Position numbers and translations under genes: made by a program. A DNA stretch of 676 nucleotides from Escherichia coli (GTDB taxonomy: Bacteria > Pseudomonadota > Gammaproteobacteria > Enterobacterales > Enterobacteriaceae). Positions 1 to 676 of this stretch are shown in pieces (the first letter of the stretch is position 1; each line of letters begins with the position of its first letter). Under the pieces are notes generated by a model. The model was not told where the DNA came from, searched no databases, and saw nothing but the letters and a program-made list of their open reading frames with translations. The stretch lies in assembly GCF_003334405.1 (NCBI RefSeq), contig NZ_QOWM01000057.1, one strand, 5' to 3'.

Positions 1-676
1 GTAAGTCACTGTGTGGATTATCATAACGGTAGCGGGTGATATCGCCGTCAGGGGCAGTTTCCTGAATCAGACGGCCCCATTCATCATATTCCCGGCGTAT
101 TTCCAGCCCGTCAGGCCCGGTGGCTGACGTTAACTGGCTGTGGTGGTTATAGTAAAACGCCGATGCCCTGCCATCCGGCGTGGTGATGCGCGTGATGAGG
201 CCCGTCACCACATCCGGACTGTATTCTGTTGTCCTGCCTGCGGCATCCGTCTGTGCCCTGAGCCTGCCCACCGCGTCAAACTGACTCTGCGTGACGCTGC
301 CGTCCGCGTGTTCCTTTTTCACCACCCGCTTCAGCCCGCCTTCACCCTGCGTGTGCAGGACTTCACGGCGGTTCAGGCTGTCGGTGATGGTGATGCGGTC
401 CTTCTCATACTGATACGTGTAACTTAAGCCTGCCGGGTTTAGCTGTTCTGTCACCCGCCCGTCGCTGTCGTAACGGTAACAGATTTCCGGTCGGCCCGTG
501 TGACGGTGCGCCACCATCCGGCCCCGGTATTTATCATCGTAAGTAAAGCTGCGCACCTGTGTATTGCTGCGGTCATACACCGCCGCCAGTTCGCCGCGGG
601 GCGTCCAGCCATAGCGCACCAGCGGCGCGGCAGGTAAATTCTCCGGGTATTCCGGGTCGTGCGTCAGCCACACGGC
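1..676 (-). CDS. rhs: Rhs-family YD-repeat protein, internal core fragment (partial at both ends; gene continues beyond both window edges)
   Basis: Hand translation of the reverse complement in the frame with codons at 676-674 ... 4-2 gives 225 codons with no stop: AVWLTHDPEYPENLPAAPLVRYGWTPRGELAAVYDRSNTQVRSFTYDDKYRGRMVAHRHTGRPEICYRYDSDGRVTEQLNPAGLSYTYQYEKDRITITDSLNRREVLHTQGEGGLKRVVKKEHADGSVTQSQFDAVGRLRAQTDAAGRTTEYSPDVVTGLITRITTPDGRASAFYYNHHSQLTSATGPDGLEIRREYDEWGRLIQETAPDGDITRYRYDNPHSDL. It contains repeated YD / YDxxGRL-type motifs (VYDRS, FTYDDKYRGRM, YRYDSDGRV, FDAVGRL, EYDEWGRL, YRYDNPHS), the hallmark of Rhs/YD-repeat cores. I recognise the sequence from memory as closely resembling the E. 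coli Rhs core, but I cannot tell which paralog (rhsA/B/C/D or other) from this fragment, so the symbol is the generic family name. No start or stop codon is present in the window, and position 1 belongs to the next codon downstream. Confidence 0.9.

Noticed and set aside
1-60. Lower-GC block at the left edge (about 50% versus about 60% elsewhere), considered as a possible core/tip or insertion boundary
   Set aside because: The minus-strand reading frame continues unbroken through it and it encodes a canonical YD motif (ITRYRYDNPHSDL), so it is still conserved core. The dip is within normal local fluctuation.
383-394. In-frame tandem hexamer ggtgatggtgat, encoding I-T-I-T on the minus strand
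   Set aside because: Only two copies; it simply encodes part of a beta-strand-like ITIT stretch within a YD repeat. Too short to call a functional repeat or slippage-based phase-variation tract.
140-427. Plus-strand ORF from the supplied track (95 aa, GTG start at 140, TAA at 425-427; MVVIVKRRCPAIRRGDARDEARHH...)
   Set aside because: It lies wholly antisense to a strongly supported, motif-rich Rhs core reading frame. GC-rich genes routinely give long stop-free antisense frames. The product is Arg/Cys/His/Pro-rich with no recognisable motifs, it uses a GTG start, and there is no convincing Shine-Dalgarno sequence in the roughly 15 bp upstream. Most likely a shadow ORF; only ribosome profiling or proteomics could argue otherwise.
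616-623. Chi-like octamer: plus strand gcaccagc, i.e. GCTGGTGC on the minus strand
   Set aside because: It differs from the canonical Chi site GCTGGTGG at the last position, so it is not a Chi site. A single near-match in a GC-rich ORF is expected by chance.
642-659. Imperfect 9-bp tandem duplication tccgggtat / tccgggtcg, encoding part of DPEYPE on the minus strand
   Set aside because: Two imperfect copies within coding sequence, consistent with a Pro-Glu dipeptide recurrence rather than a regulatory or mobile-element repeat.
1-676. Searched for promoters, terminators, RNA genes, CRISPR repeats and mobile-element terminal inverted repeats
   Set aside because: None found by eye: no repeat-spacer periodicity, no strong GC-rich hairpin followed by a T-tract, and the whole window is covered by one continuous coding frame. 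A weak internal promoter cannot be excluded from sequence alone, but nothing here supports one.

Overview
The whole 676-bp window is an internal fragment of a single large gene on the minus strand: the conserved core of an Rhs-family YD-repeat protein (enterobacterial rhs element, most similar by recall to the E. coli RhsA/B/C-type core). One minus-strand frame (codons 676-674 down to 4-2) is open for all 225 codons with no stop and runs off both window edges. Its translation carries recurring YD / YDxxGR(L/V) motifs typical of Rhs cores. GC content is about 60% by hand count, consistent with the known GC-rich, horizontally acquired character of Rhs cores. The only ORF in the supplied track (140..427, + strand) is antisense to this gene and I judge it a shadow ORF. 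I see no RNA gene, CRISPR array, mobile-element terminus, promoter or terminator in the window. Rhs elements are an already described polymorphic toxin system, and this window covers only the conserved core, so nothing here supports a previously undescribed system. The potentially novel parts (variable C-terminal toxin tip, immunity gene, orphan tips) would lie outside the window, beyond coordinate 1.
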